A stretch of 64,000 nucleotides of DNA from Thermoanaerobaculia bacterium (GCA_044868005.1 JBIOVX010000237.1:3852-67851), one strand, 5' to 3'. Shown: positions 15,494 through 25,278, counted from the stretch's first letter. Notes: generated from the letters alone by a model not told the origin. Numbers and translations: made by a program.

Positions 15494-16012
15494 TTACATG
15501 TAGGAAATGCCGATCTTGTCCCGCCTGGCGTTATCCCGTCCCTTTGCGGCCACTCCTTTACCTGCTCTCCCCTGGGGCAGCAGAGCCCAAGGGCCCAAGG
15601 CATCCAATGCCTCTTGCTCGCTCAACCTTCTCGCCTGCTCCATAACTCCCGACGGTACCCACTTGGGAAATGGGACTTCCCGGGTAGCATGTCGACCGGA
15701 AGCCGTGTGCTCTTCATGCACCTGCGCTATCTGAACGGCCGGAAATCGCTCCGCCAGGCGCACTAAGGCCGGCCATAACCGCCGGTGTACGAAAGTGATT
15801 TTTCCATTCACGAGACGGCAAACGAGCACATCGTCAGAATCCGTTACTGCCTGAAAGACAGCGAAGATTTGATGGCTTTTGGGATGAGACCACCAGCTTC
15901 CTTTGATGGGCTCGCCGGCAATCGCCTCTGCAAGTCGGAGAACAGGACCTTTAGCGGACGCAAGGACTACACCATGCTTTTGAACAAAGGCGATCGCTTC
16001 GTCGGCGGTCAT
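15494..16012 (-). CDS. Hypothetical protein
   Basis: ORF 15494..16012 (-). It lies 14 nt downstream of the CheB/CheR-HK gene on the same strand. The sequence is non-repetitive and globular-looking (MTADEAIAFVQKHGVVLASAKGPVLRLAEAIAGEPIKGSWWSHPKSH). G+C is somewhat lower than in neighbours. Family not recognised. Confidence 0.6.
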   Translation of the reverse strand: MTADEAIAFVQKHGVVLASAKGPVLRLAEAIAGEPIKGSWWSHPKSHQIFAVFQAVTDSDDVLVCRLVNGKITFVHRRLWPALVRLAERFPAVQIAQVHEEHTASGRHATREVPFPKWVPSGVMEQARRLSEQEALDALGPWALLPQGRAGKGVAAKGRDNARRDKIGISYM

Positions 16013-16025
16013 GGTCCGGTCATGG

Positions 16026-19000
16026 TCAATGCTTGCTTGACCGGGCGAGCAGCGCGTAGATGACCGGAAGGTCGACCGGCTTGGTCAGGTGATGGTCGAA
16101 TCCTGCCTCCCGCGAGAGGCGCTGGTCCTCCTCCTGTCCATAGCCGGTCACGGCCACGAGCAGGGCCCTTGCGGTCCGGCGCCGTTGGCGCAGCCGGCTG
16201 GCGACCTGGTAACCATCCAACCCGGGCAAACCGATGTCGAGCAGGACGACCTCGGGATGGAACGAGCCGGCCTTTTCCAGCGCCGCCGGTCCATCGTGAG
16301 CGGTCTCTACCTCGTGCCCTTTCAAGCGCAGGAGGAGGGCGAGGCTCTCGGCCGAATCCACGTTGTCGTCCACCACCAGGACGCGGCGCGGCGGGGCCGC
16401 GGCAGGGGAGAGCACCGGGCCTACGACGATCCTGTCCCCTGCATGGCCGCGGCGCTCCGGTGCCGTGCTCGCAGGCGCCGAAACGGGCAGGCGCACGACG
16501 AGCTCGCTGCCGTGTCCCAGCCCCGCGCTATGGGCTTCGACGCTGCCGCCGTGCAGCTCGACGAGGCGCTGCACCACCGTCAGGCCGATCCCCAACCCTC
16601 CCCGCGCCCGATCGGAGGAGCGGTCCGCCTGCACGAACAGGTCAAAGACGCGCGGCAGCGTTTCCGGAGCGATGCCGATGCCGTCGTCGCGCACTCGCAC
16701 GACGACCTCGCCGGGGGGCTCGGGCCCGCCGGCCGCCAGCTCGGCCGTCACCCAGAGATGGCCGCCTCTGGGGGTGAACTTGGAGGCGTTGTTCAGGAGG
16801 TTGCCGAAGACCTGTTCCAGCCGGACGGGGTCCGCGTCGAGGTAGACCGGCTCGCGCGGCAGCGACATCGACAGCTCCTGGCCGCGGGCTTCGATGAGAT
16901 GCCGGGTCAGCTCCACCGCCTGCTCGAGGACGACCGCCAGCTCCAACCGCTCTCTGCGCAGGCTGATCTGGCCCCGGTTGATGCGGGACACCTCGAGCAG
17001 GTCTTCGATCAACCGCGTCATGTTCTGAATCTGCCGGGTCATCATCTTCCGCGCCTGCTCGACCGCGGCGCCGTCGGCCCCCTCGGCCTGCAGCACGTGC
17101 GCGGCATTGAGCAGGGGCGCCAAGGGGTTGCGCAGCTCGTGGGCCAGCAGGGCCAGGAACTCGTTCTTGCCGCGGTCGGCCGCGGCCAGCTCCTCGACAC
17201 GCTGGTGTAGAACCTTTTCCAGTTGCTTGAGCTTGTCCACGTCGACGAGCAGGATCACCACGCCCTCGATCTTGTCCTCCAGGGTCCGGTACGGCCGGAC
17301 GCGCAGCGAATACCAGCGCCCCTGGCTGTCCTGGACCTCGCGTTCCCGGGGGCTCGCCGTGGCGATCACCTCCGCCAGGAAGGGCTCCAGATCGGGAACG
17401 CTGAGCTTGAGCTTGATGTCGCCGATCGGCCGGCCGACGTCGGTCGGGATCAGGCTGAAGATCTCTCCCGCCATCGGCGTGAAGCGCCGCACGCGCAGGT
17501 CCTGCCCGAGCATGATGATGGCCATCTCGACGCTGCCGAGGAGGTTGATCAGATCGTTGCTGAGCTGATTCAGCTCCAGGTTGCGGTTCTGCAGCTCGTC
17601 GTTGACCGTGGCCAGCTCTTCGTTGCTCGACTGGATCTCCTCCTTGGAGGTTTCCAGCTCTTCGTTGATGCTCTGCAGCTCCTCGTTGGCCGACTGCACC
17701 TCCTCATTGGCCGACTGCAGCTCTTCATTGGCGGCCTCCTGCTGCTCGATCACCGATTGCAGGTATTCGCCCGTGGCGGCCAGCTCCCGCGCCAAACGGG
17801 CGTTCTCCCGTTCGGCGGCCTCCTCCTCCGCGGCAGCCTTGGTCCGTGGTTTTGCGGCCTTGCCCCTGTCCCTCTTCCCTCGCGGCAGAGAAGCCGGTGC
17901 TGGAACGGGCTCTTCGAACAGGACCAGGAAGCCGCCTTCCCCTGCCGAGCTTCCCTTGACGGGAACCACCTCCAGGTCGACCTCCCGGGTGACGCCGTCG
18001 GCCTCGACCCGCACCCCCTCCTCGCGCACCGGGACGTTGTCCTTCCTGGCCTTGTTGATCGCGGCCCGCAGGGTGACGAGCAACCCTTCCCGCGTCATCC
18101 TGAGCAGGTTCAGGCTGGCCTTGCCCGGCGCCGGCGCCAGATAGGGCCCGGTGTCGCCGCGGAACTGCAGGATCTCCAGCTCGGCGTTGACCAGCACGCC
18201 GGGCGGGGCGTATCTTGCCATGAGGATGCGGTCGGCCTCTGTCCGCACGTCGGATCCGGCTGGCTGCAGGCGGCCCGGGCCGTGGCCGGGCTCTGCTCGG
18301 CCCTGATAGCGGCCGGCAGGCTGGCCGAGGACCGTCCGGTGCGTGCCTGGCTTCTTGGCGTAGATCTTGTGCTTGGCGTCTGCGGCCTCGAACAGGGCGC
18401 GGTAGGAGCCGATCATCTCCGAGCTCCCCAGCAAGAGAAAGCCGGCCGGCTTCAAGGCATAGTGCAGGCGCTCCACGAGCCTCTGTTGCAGCGCCGGCTC
18501 CAGGTAGATGAGCAGGTTGCGGCAACTGATGAGGTCGATCTGGGAGAAGGGCGGGTCGGTCAGCACGTTGTGCCGGGCGAACACGCACATGTCGCGGATC
18601 GGCTTGCTGATGCGGTAGCTGCCGTCCACCTCCGCGAAGAACCGCCGCAGGCGCTCCGGCGAGACGTCGTGCGTGATGTTCTGCGAGTACACGCCCGCGC
18701 GGGCCTTGTCGATGCACTCTACGTTCAGGTCGGTGGCGAAGACCTGGACCGGGAGCTGGCTGCCCCTGGCCGCGGCGAGCTCGGCGATGGCGATGGAGTA
18801 AGCCTCCTCGCCGGTCGAGCACCCCGGCACCCAGACGCGCAGCGGCTCTTGTCCGGAGCGGTTCTTCAACAGCTTGGGCAAGACCTTCGCCTTGAGTGCT
18901 TCGAAGGTCTCCGGGTTGCGGAAAAACCTCGTCACCCTGATGAGGGTGTCCTGGTAGAGGGCCTCCACCTCTCCGGGGTTTTTCCGTAGGAAGCGCGCGT

Positions 19001-19820
19001 AGTCCTGCAAGCCCTCCACTTTGTGCAGGATCATGCGGCGGGTGATGCGGCGGTAGAGGGTGCTCGTCTTGTAGAGGCTGAAATCGACTCCCTTGATCTT
19101 GCGGAGGATCTCCAGGATCTGGCCGAGGTCCGGCTCGCCCGCTGGCGCCTTGCGCCGCTCCGGCGCCACGTAAGGGTGCCGGGCGATGCGTCCGATCTCC
19201 CTGGCGATCTCGTCCGGGGGGAGCACGAAGTCCACGCAGCCGCTGGCGACCGCGCTCTGCGGCATGCTGCTCTGTTGGGCCGTGTTGTCCTGAGCGAAAG
19301 TGATCCCGCCCTCGGCCTTGATCGCCTCCAGCCCCAGAGTGCCGTCGGTGGCGGTGCCGGAGAGGATCACGCCGATCGCTCTGTGTCCCTGGTCTTCCGC
19401 CAGGGAGCGGAAGAAGAAATCGATGGGCCGGTACCGGCCGCGGGCTTCCTCCCGCGGAAGCAGTTTCAGGACCCCGCGCGAGATGATCATGTTGCGGTCG
19501 GGAGGGATGACGTAAACGCGGTTTGGCTTCACCCGCGGCTCCGCCTGAACCTCCGTGACCGGCATCGCGGTCGTCCGGGACAAGATCTCCGCCAACAGGC
19601 TGGCGTGTTTGGGGGCCAGGTGCTGCACCAGGACGAAGGCCATGCCGGTATCGACCGGCAGCGCGCCGAGCATCTGGCTGAAGGCCTCCAGCCCGCCGGC
19701 CGAGGCGCCGACGCCGACGATCGGGAAAGGGGGGCTCGCAGCCTGCGCGCCGGCTTTCTTCGCAGGAGCTTCAGCCACGGCAGGCGGTGCCGGTGCGGTC
19801 TTGGGGCTTCTGCCGGCCAT
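16026..19820 (-). CDS. CheB methylesterase-CheR methyltransferase-PAS-histidine kinase-receiver fusion protein
   Basis: ORF 16026..19820 (-). CheB-like (FPIVGVGASAGGLEAF), CheR-like (RVWVPGCSTGEEAYSIA) and a coiled coil with EELQSANEE repeats. Then PAS, HisKA (FLALLAHELRNPL), HATPase_c and a C-terminal receiver (RVLVVDDNVDSAESL). Confidence 0.9.
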   Translation of the reverse strand: MAGRSPKTAPAPPAVAEAPAKKAGAQAASPPFPIVGVGASAGGLEAFSQMLGALPVDTGMAFVLVQHLAPKHASLLAEILSRTTAMPVTEVQAEPRVKPNRVYVIPPDRNMIISRGVLKLLPREEARGRYRPIDFFFRSLAEDQGHRAIGVILSGTATDGTLGLEAIKAEGGITFAQDNTAQQSSMPQSAVASGCVDFVLPPDEIAREIGRIARHPYVAPERRKAPAGEPDLGQILEILRKIKGVDFSLYKTSTLYRRITRRMILHKVEGLQDYARFLRKNPGEVEALYQDTLIRVTRFFRNPETFEALKAKVLPKLLKNRSGQEPLRVWVPGCSTGEEAYSIAIAELAAARGSQLPVQVFATDLNVECIDKARAGVYSQNITHDVSPERLRRFFAEVDGSYRISKPIRDMCVFARHNVLTDPPFSQIDLISCRNLLIYLEPALQQRLVERLHYALKPAGFLLLGSSEMIGSYRALFEAADAKHKIYAKKPGTHRTVLGQPAGRYQGRAEPGHGPGRLQPAGSDVRTEADRILMARYAPPGVLVNAELEILQFRGDTGPYLAPAPGKASLNLLRMTREGLLVTLRAAINKARKDNVPVREEGVRVEADGVTREVDLEVVPVKGSSAGEGGFLVLFEEPVPAPASLPRGKRDRGKAAKPRTKAAAEEEAAERENARLARELAATGEYLQSVIEQQEAANEELQSANEEVQSANEELQSINEELETSKEEIQSSNEELATVNDELQNRNLELNQLSNDLINLLGSVEMAIIMLGQDLRVRRFTPMAGEIFSLIPTDVGRPIGDIKLKLSVPDLEPFLAEVIATASPREREVQDSQGRWYSLRVRPYRTLEDKIEGVVILLVDVDKLKQLEKVLHQRVEELAAADRGKNEFLALLAHELRNPLAPLLNAAHVLQAEGADGAAVEQARKMMTRQIQNMTRLIEDLLEVSRINRGQISLRRERLELAVVLEQAVELTRHLIEARGQELSMSLPREPVYLDADPVRLEQVFGNLLNNASKFTPRGGHLWVTAELAAGGPEPPGEVVVRVRDDGIGIAPETLPRVFDLFVQADRSSDRARGGLGIGLTVVQRLVELHGGSVEAHSAGLGHGSELVVRLPVSAPASTAPERRGHAGDRIVVGPVLSPAAAPPRRVLVVDDNVDSAESLALLLRLKGHEVETAHDGPAALEKAGSFHPEVVLLDIGLPGLDGYQVASRLRQRRRTARALLVAVTGYGQEEDQRLSREAGFDHHLTKPVDLPVIYALLARSSKH

Positions 19821-19865
19821 ACAGAGACAAGGGTATACCGGATGGCCGGGAGATGAACAGACTCT

Positions 19866-19885
19866 GGCGGCCCTATGTGGCCGCC
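19866..19885. repeat. GC-rich hairpin of the GGCGGCC-N6-GGCCGCC family
   Basis: GGCGGCCctatgtGGCCGCC at 19866..19885. Near-identical units occur at 54787..54808 (GGGCGGCCctctgtGGCCGCCC) and, with a 4-nt loop, in the terminator at 15427. Confidence 0.6.
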
Positions 19886-19899
19886 CTGCCCGCGAGCTA

Positions 19900-19912
19900 G
19901 GTAGAAACTACC
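19900..19912. promoter_or_regulatory. Dyad motif GGTAGAAACTACC in divergent intergenic region (candidate operator)
   Basis: GGTAG-aaa-CTACC at 19900..19912, between the divergent CheB/CheR-HK and MltF-like genes. The same 12-mer GGTAGAAACTAC recurs at 29908..29919 in another divergent intergenic region. Confidence 0.35.
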
Positions 19913-19979
19913 CGATCGGTAGCGAATGCTTGGACGAATGGCAGTCCCGGATGGCGTGCCGGCGCCTCGCCGGTGGATA

Positions 19980-21590
19980 ATGCCGCTCGTGAGGTCGGTG
20001 CTCCCCCTCGCCGCGGTCCTCCTCGCCTGCTCCTGCGGTGGCAAGGCGCCGCGCGAGCAGGCGGCTACCCCCGCCTCCCCGCCCGCCAGTGCCCCCGTTC
20101 CCAAGCCGCTGGAGGCGGCCGCCGCCGCCGCGCCGGCCGGACCTCCGGTGCGGCGCGATCTTCCCCAGATCGCGGATGACCGGACCCTCAACGTGCTCTT
20201 CACCTTCAACTCGACCGGCTATTTCATCTACCGCGGGCAGACGATGGGCTACGAGTACGAGTTGCTCAGCCTGTTCGCCAGCGACTCCAAGCTGCGCCTC
20301 AAGCCGGTGGTCGCCCGCGACAGCCGGCTCCTCTTCGAACGCCTCAACCGTGGCGAGGCCGACGTCGTGGCGGCGCAGCTCGCCGCGTCGGCGACGGAGG
20401 AGGAAGTGTTGATGACCGACTCGCTGTACTCCACGACCCCGGTAGTGGTACAGCGCGGCGCGGGCTCGCCGGCGAGCGGGAAGTCCCCCACGGTCAAGGA
20501 GGCGCGAGCCCGCGAGGAGCGCGAGACGGAGCCTGAAGCGATCACCATCCGGGCGCGGCCGGTCTCCCGCCTCGCGGAGATGGCTGGAAAGCGGGTGCAC
20601 ATGGCGAGGGTGTCGCCCTACCGCCGGCGGCTGCTCGAGCTCAGCACCAAGCTCGCCGACGACATCGAGGTCGTCGAGGTGGACGAGTCGACCGACAAGC
20701 TGATCGAGCGCCTCGCGCAGGGGGACATCGCGTTCACCGTCGCCGCCGAGAACGTGGCCGCGCTACGCAAGGGCGAGTACAGCAACCTGGTGATCATTCC
20801 GGTGATCGGCCCCCGGCACCCGGTGGTCTGGGCGCTGCGCCGGAGCTCGCCCGAGCTCCACGACGCGCTGAACCGCTGGCTCGCCGCCAAGCGCAAGTCG
20901 GGATTGCTCAAAGTCCTCTACCGGAAGTACTTCCTGGACCGCCGCGGTTATCGGACGCGGTCCACGAGCGGCTATCTCACGGCCGAGACCGGGCACCTGT
21001 CGCCCTTCGACGGCGCCTTCCGCGAGCACTCGCGCATCCCCGGCTGGGACTGGCGGTTGATCGGCGCGCAGGCGTACCAGGAGTCGCATTTCGATCCACG
21101 GGCGCGGTCGTGGGCCGGCGCCATCGGCCTGATGCAGCTCATGCCGCGCACGGCCCGCGAGCTACACATCGATCCGCACGATCCCGAGCAGAGCGTGGAG
21201 GGCGCCTGCCGCTACCTGAGAGCGCTCGACGGCCGCTGGAAGGGCGAGGTGGTGCGCCCGGCGGAGCGCATCAAGTTCATCCTCGCCTCCTACAACGTCG
21301 GGCTCGGCCACGTCCAGGACGCCGTCCGCCTGGCGGTGAAGAACGGCGACGACCCGGCATCGTGGGAGGACGTCGCGTACTGGTTGATCGGCAAGTCCAA
21401 GCGGGCCGTGTACAACGACCCCGTCGTCAAGCACGGCTTCGCCCGCGGCATCGAGCCGGTCGGCTACGTCGACGCCATCCTCGGCCGCTGGGAACACTAC
21501 CGGGAGCTGGTCAAGGACGAGCCGCCCGCGCCTACCGGCCAACGGCCTCCTAGAGAGAAAGCAAGCCGCAAACAGCCGCGATCACAATGA
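19980..21590 (+). CDS. mltF: Membrane-bound lytic murein transglycosylase F-like lipoprotein
   Basis: ORF 19926..21590. Start trimmed to ATG 19980, giving the lipoprotein signal MPLVRSVLPLAAVLLAC. A family-3 solute-binding-like domain is followed by an SLT domain (AQAYQESHFDPRARSWAGAIGLMQLMPRTA). Confidence 0.8.
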   Translation: MPLVRSVLPLAAVLLACSCGGKAPREQAATPASPPASAPVPKPLEAAAAAAPAGPPVRRDLPQIADDRTLNVLFTFNSTGYFIYRGQTMGYEYELLSLFASDSKLRLKPVVARDSRLLFERLNRGEADVVAAQLAASATEEEVLMTDSLYSTTPVVVQRGAGSPASGKSPTVKEARAREERETEPEAITIRARPVSRLAEMAGKRVHMARVSPYRRRLLELSTKLADDIEVVEVDESTDKLIERLAQGDIAFTVAAENVAALRKGEYSNLVIIPVIGPRHPVVWALRRSSPELHDALNRWLAAKRKSGLLKVLYRKYFLDRRGYRTRSTSGYLTAETGHLSPFDGAFREHSRIPGWDWRLIGAQAYQESHFDPRARSWAGAIGLMQLMPRTARELHIDPHDPEQSVEGACRYLRALDGRWKGEVVRPAERIKFILASYNVGLGHVQDAVRLAVKNGDDPASWEDVAYWLIGKSKRAVYNDPVVKHGFARGIEPVGYVDAILGRWEHYRELVKDEPPAPTGQRPPREKASRKQPRSQ

Positions 21591-21638
21591 GAAGCCAGCG
21601 TGCCGTAGAGCACGGCGCCTCTCGCGCCAGGCATCGAG

Positions 21639-22970
21639 TCAGAGAGACTTCAAGTATTCGATGAGGCCGAGCCTCTCCTGCTCCGTCAGCCCCAACTTCA
21701 GGCACCGATCGTAGTGCTCGACCACCTCGCGGAGGCTGGCAAAGCGCCCATCGTGGTAGAAGCCGCCCTTCTGGTGCGTCCAGAGTCCGGCCAGCGGAGC
21801 CGTGCGATACATGTGAGTCGGCGAGCGGTCCGCCTGGAAGGAGTCCACGCAGATCTCGCTCGGCGCATGCAGGTTGTTGCCTGGCTCGGTGAAGAGCGGC
21901 GGAACGTGGCAGGTGCCGCACCGCGCTTTGCCGCTGAAGAGCTTGTCGCCGCGCATTGCCGCCGCCTTGTCGAAGCTGCCTTCCGTCGGCTGTGGTGGGG
22001 GAATGGCAAGCTGGTAGAAATGCAGCGCCGCGAGCTTCGCCGTGAGCATGTCGGGCTTGGTCCGCGTATTGCCGGCGCCGCTCTTGGCGGCCACGGGGTA
22101 CTGCGTCTTGTCATTGAACCGGGCGTCGAAGAACGTGCCCTTGCCGTGCATCTCGGTGGCGCCGACATACGCATTCCAGTACGGGACCGAGCCGAAGCCC
22201 GTCCAGGTGTGCAGGTTCACCCCCGCCAAGCCGAACGCCGGTGGTATGAGCGTGCCGGCCTGTCCGCCGTCGGGCCGGAACGCCTTGCCGTCCTTGTCGA
22301 GCACCGCGTCGAAGCGGCCGGGGCCCCAACTGAGGAGCACCTTCTTGACCGTGGCTTCGTCCACGCCGAGAAGGTCGGTGAAGGGCTTGAGGTTCGGAGA
22401 CAGGGCCACGATCGCCCCAACGTTCAAGTCGCGGTTCGCCCAACCATCGAGCCGCTTGCCGATACCGGGTGCCAGGGAGTCGTCGACCGTGGAGTGGCAG
22501 AAGGCACACTGCAAGCCCAGCGAGGTCATGTTTCCTTTGCCGTCGACGAAGCCCTTGAGACCGACCACCGCGTCCAACTCGAGCAGAGCGATCGTCGTCG
22601 CGGGATCGTCGAGATTGACCTTGCCGGCCTTGAGCTCAGCCTGCAACGGTGCGGGCAGCGCGTCGACATCCACTTTCAGTCCGACGGCAAGCGCCGTCTT
22701 CGGGCTCACTCCGCCGCCCACCCCGCCGTGTTTTTCACCCGCGATGGCTTTGTGCAGCTGGAGGGCGTCACCCCAGAATGCCTCGCTGCCGAAGGTGTCG
22801 AAGCGAAAAATGCGGCGGCCCTCCTGGATCATCTGCTGCGCGTGGGCGCCGATCAGACGATCGTTGGCGGAAAGGGCCTTGTCTTGATCGTCGGCGCTGG
22901 TTCGGGAGCCGGCAAGCAGACCGATTGCGGTCAACAGCGCTACCACAGAGAGGGCTGCTCTGTATCTCAT
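21639..22970 (-). CDS. Di-haem cytochrome c peroxidase-like protein
   Basis: ORF 21639..23048 (-). Start trimmed to ATG 22970 (MRYRAALSVVALL, GGAGGA upstream). Two CxxCH sites (CAFCH, CGTCH). The C-terminal pattern CGTCHVPPLFTEPG...YRTAPLAGLW...FYHDGRFASLREVVEHYD is typical of CCP/MauG-type proteins. Confidence 0.7.
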   Translation of the reverse strand: MRYRAALSVVALLTAIGLLAGSRTSADDQDKALSANDRLIGAHAQQMIQEGRRIFRFDTFGSEAFWGDALQLHKAIAGEKHGGVGGGVSPKTALAVGLKVDVDALPAPLQAELKAGKVNLDDPATTIALLELDAVVGLKGFVDGKGNMTSLGLQCAFCHSTVDDSLAPGIGKRLDGWANRDLNVGAIVALSPNLKPFTDLLGVDEATVKKVLLSWGPGRFDAVLDKDGKAFRPDGGQAGTLIPPAFGLAGVNLHTWTGFGSVPYWNAYVGATEMHGKGTFFDARFNDKTQYPVAAKSGAGNTRTKPDMLTAKLAALHFYQLAIPPPQPTEGSFDKAAAMRGDKLFSGKARCGTCHVPPLFTEPGNNLHAPSEICVDSFQADRSPTHMYRTAPLAGLWTHQKGGFYHDGRFASLREVVEHYDRCLKLGLTEQERLGLIEYLKSL

Positions 22971-23101
22971 GGGTTCCTCCTGTCGGTGAGCTTTGGGCGG
23001 TCGAGTCTCCGCATCGCGGGGTGCGGCCTCGTTGAGTATGTCCCGCAACCGCGATGCGAGGTTTCCACGCTGGCCGAGGAGATTGCGCGCCGCGGAGCGC
23101 T

Positions 23102-23170
23102 GCCGCGGGCGCCGTCAAGTCGGCCGAGGCACAGGCCCTCACCAAGGGTGATGTCTGTCTCCCTGGCCCT
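23102..23170 (+). pseudogene. 69-nt relic copy of the 3' part of the 25398..25844 gene
   Basis: 23102..23170 aligns with 25713..25777 (GCCGCGGGCGCCGTCAAGTC.GCCGAGGC.CAGGCCCTCACCAAGGG.GA.GTC...TCCCTGGCCCT). There are a few substitutions and a 4-nt insertion (tgtc). It encodes AAGAVKSAEAQALTKGDV, then goes out of frame. Confidence 0.7.
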
Positions 23171-23173
23171 AGA

Positions 23174-23995
23174 CTACGCCGCTTGCCTGCGCAGCGCTGG
23201 CCGCACCAGCAGGAACCCTCCCAGCAGGAGGATCCACGAGTTGAGGTAGGCCCAGATCAGGAACAGTACCATGCTGCCCAACGCGCCATAGAGCTGCGTG
23301 GCGCTCCACAGAACTGCGACGGCCCAGGAGAAACCCAGGCCGGCGCCGATCCAGCCCAGCGCGGCCAGCAGTGCAGCAAGAGCCAGCCGGAGCGCGCCCA
23401 CCCGCCGGCCCGCCACCACACGGTAAGTCAGGCAGATGGCGCTGAACAGCACGCCGGCGGAAAGGGATGCACGCAGCGCCACAAAGGCCGACAGGGACAG
23501 GGCCGACAGCGCGGGGAGACGTAACAGTCCCCTCTCGATGGCCGGCGCCAAGAGGAGGAAGCACGCCGTCGCCACCAACGCCACGCTCCAGACCAGCAGC
23601 AGCAGCAGCGAGCGAGCCGCCCCGCGCCAGCCCTGCGCCGGTGGGGTGACGTCGCCGGCGATCGTCGTGCCCAGCGTGCCTACGCACAGCGACATGAAGC
23701 GAAATGAGGTCCACAGCGCGAACAGGAACCCGGCCGTCAGCCACCCCTGGCTGGCCGACGAGCGCGCCCAGCGCACCATCTCGCCCACGTCGGCGTGCGA
23801 CTCCGTCGGCATCACGCCGCGCAGCACCTCCTCGATCGATGTGCTCAAGTCGAGGGGAATCCAGCGGCTGACCAGCGCGATGGAGATGCCGACGAAGGGC
23901 ACCAGCGACAGCGCCAGGAAGAAGGCCATCTTAGCGGCGCCGCTGTCGGCCAGCGCCAACCTCGCCGCCGCAGCCTTGGGCTTGGCCCAGTCCAT
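23174..23995 (-). CDS. YihY/BrkB family inner-membrane protein
   Basis: ORF 23174..23995 (-). Six-TM pattern and N-terminal AAKMAFFLALSLVPFVGISIAL, typical of the YihY (formerly RNase BN-like) family. Confidence 0.8.
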   Translation of the reverse strand: MDWAKPKAAAARLALADSGAAKMAFFLALSLVPFVGISIALVSRWIPLDLSTSIEEVLRGVMPTESHADVGEMVRWARSSASQGWLTAGFLFALWTSFRFMSLCVGTLGTTIAGDVTPPAQGWRGAARSLLLLLVWSVALVATACFLLLAPAIERGLLRLPALSALSLSAFVALRASLSAGVLFSAICLTYRVVAGRRVGALRLALAALLAALGWIGAGLGFSWAVAVLWSATQLYGALGSMVLFLIWAYLNSWILLLGGFLLVRPALRRQAA

Positions 23996-24141
23996 GATTG
24001 GCGAGGTATAGCACGCCGCGCCGATTGGCGCGCTTCTTGCGGTGAAACGACTTAGCAGCTCTCCCTGAGCCCTGTGTAGAACTGCGGTTCTCTTGACGAC
24101 GGCGAGACGACCAGTTGCGGGGCAGATCAGGGCCGCGACCT

Positions 24142-25278
24142 ATGCTGGATCCAAAACCATCTGAGCCCGTCCCGGAGCAACGCGAGTGGCGGCTCGCCGG
24201 CCTCATCGCCTTCGGGCTGTTGGCTCTCCTGGTGCTCGCGGCCGCCTTCCTCATCCTCTGGCCCTTCCTCTCCGCCATCGTGGTAGGGGCGATCCTCGTC
24301 ATTCTGACCTATCCGAGCTACCGACGCCTCCTGGCGCGGTTGCATGGGCGGTCCCAACTGGCGGCGCTCCTGATGCTGGTCGGTGCCACCTTCCTGCTGG
24401 TCCTGCCGACCGTGCTCATCGTCATCCTGGTGATCGGCCAAGCCAAGCTGCTGATCGACAAGCTGCAAAGCGGCGAGGCCCAAGCGATGCTCGCCTCGTT
24501 CGACCTGGCCGGCCGGCTGAGCTTCCTCACCCGTCGTATCCCAAGCTTCGATCCCGCCACGCTCAGCCCCGAGCGGATGATCCTGCCGCTCCTGCGGCAG
24601 GTGCCCGGCTGGGTCCAGCAACACGGCCAGGCCGTCCTTGGCGGACTCGCCGGCTTGGTGGTCGGCATCTTCCTCGTCCTGCTTTCGGCGTACTTCTTCT
24701 TCGTCGAGGGAGAGGGCATCCTGCGCGAGCTCGAGGCCCTGTCGCCGCTGCCGCGCCGCTACGGCCGCCAATTCGCGGCGAGGCTCGAAGCGGTCATCGA
24801 GGCGACCTTTCGCGGCCAACTGATGACCTCCCTGGCGCAGGCGATCGCCATCACGGTCGGTCTGGCGATCGCGCGGGTACCCGGGGCGCTCCTCTGGGGA
24901 GCGGTCGCTGCGGTCCTCTCGCTCTTGCCGATGGTGGGCGCCGCGGTCGTGTGGGTGCCGGCTACGATCTACCTTGCGGTCGCGGCCTCCCTGGGCCACC
25001 GCAGCTACGGCTGGGCTATCTTCCTCGCGCTATGGGGGCTGCTCGTGGTGTCGACGATCGACAACGTGATCCGTCCCTGGGCGATGAAGGGAAAGGCGCA
25101 ACTGCCTGCCATTCCTCTACTCTTCGCCGTCCTCGGCGGCTTACAGGCCTTCGGCTTCGTGGGTCTGGTCATCGGGCCCCTCGTCTTCTCGCTGCTCAAA
25201 TCGATCCTCGACATCTACAAGGAGTCGCTCCAGCCGGCGCCTCCCGACACGTCCGCGGACGCTGCCACCGGCGCTTGA
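24142..25278 (+). CDS. AI-2E family transporter (PerM-like permease)
   Basis: ORF 24115..25278 begins at TTG. First ATG at 24142 (MLDPKPSE). Multi-TM with the characteristic C-terminal part VVWVPATIYL...TIDNVIRPWAMKGKAQLPAIPLLFAVLGGLQAFGFVGLVIGP. Confidence 0.85.
   Translation: MLDPKPSEPVPEQREWRLAGLIAFGLLALLVLAAAFLILWPFLSAIVVGAILVILTYPSYRRLLARLHGRSQLAALLMLVGATFLLVLPTVLIVILVIGQAKLLIDKLQSGEAQAMLASFDLAGRLSFLTRRIPSFDPATLSPERMILPLLRQVPGWVQQHGQAVLGGLAGLVVGIFLVLLSAYFFFVEGEGILRELEALSPLPRRYGRQFAARLEAVIEATFRGQLMTSLAQAIAITVGLAIARVPGALLWGAVAAVLSLLPMVGAAVVWVPATIYLAVAASLGHRSYGWAIFLALWGLLVVSTIDNVIRPWAMKGKAQLPAIPLLFAVLGGLQAFGFVGLVIGPLVFSLLKSILDIYKESLQPAPPDTSADAATGA

Noticed and set aside
17575-17745. Periodic 21-nt repeats that could be mistaken for a small repeat array
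   Set aside because: They lie in frame inside the CheB/CheR-HK gene and encode a heptad coiled coil. There are no unique spacers, so this is not a CRISPR or intergenic array.
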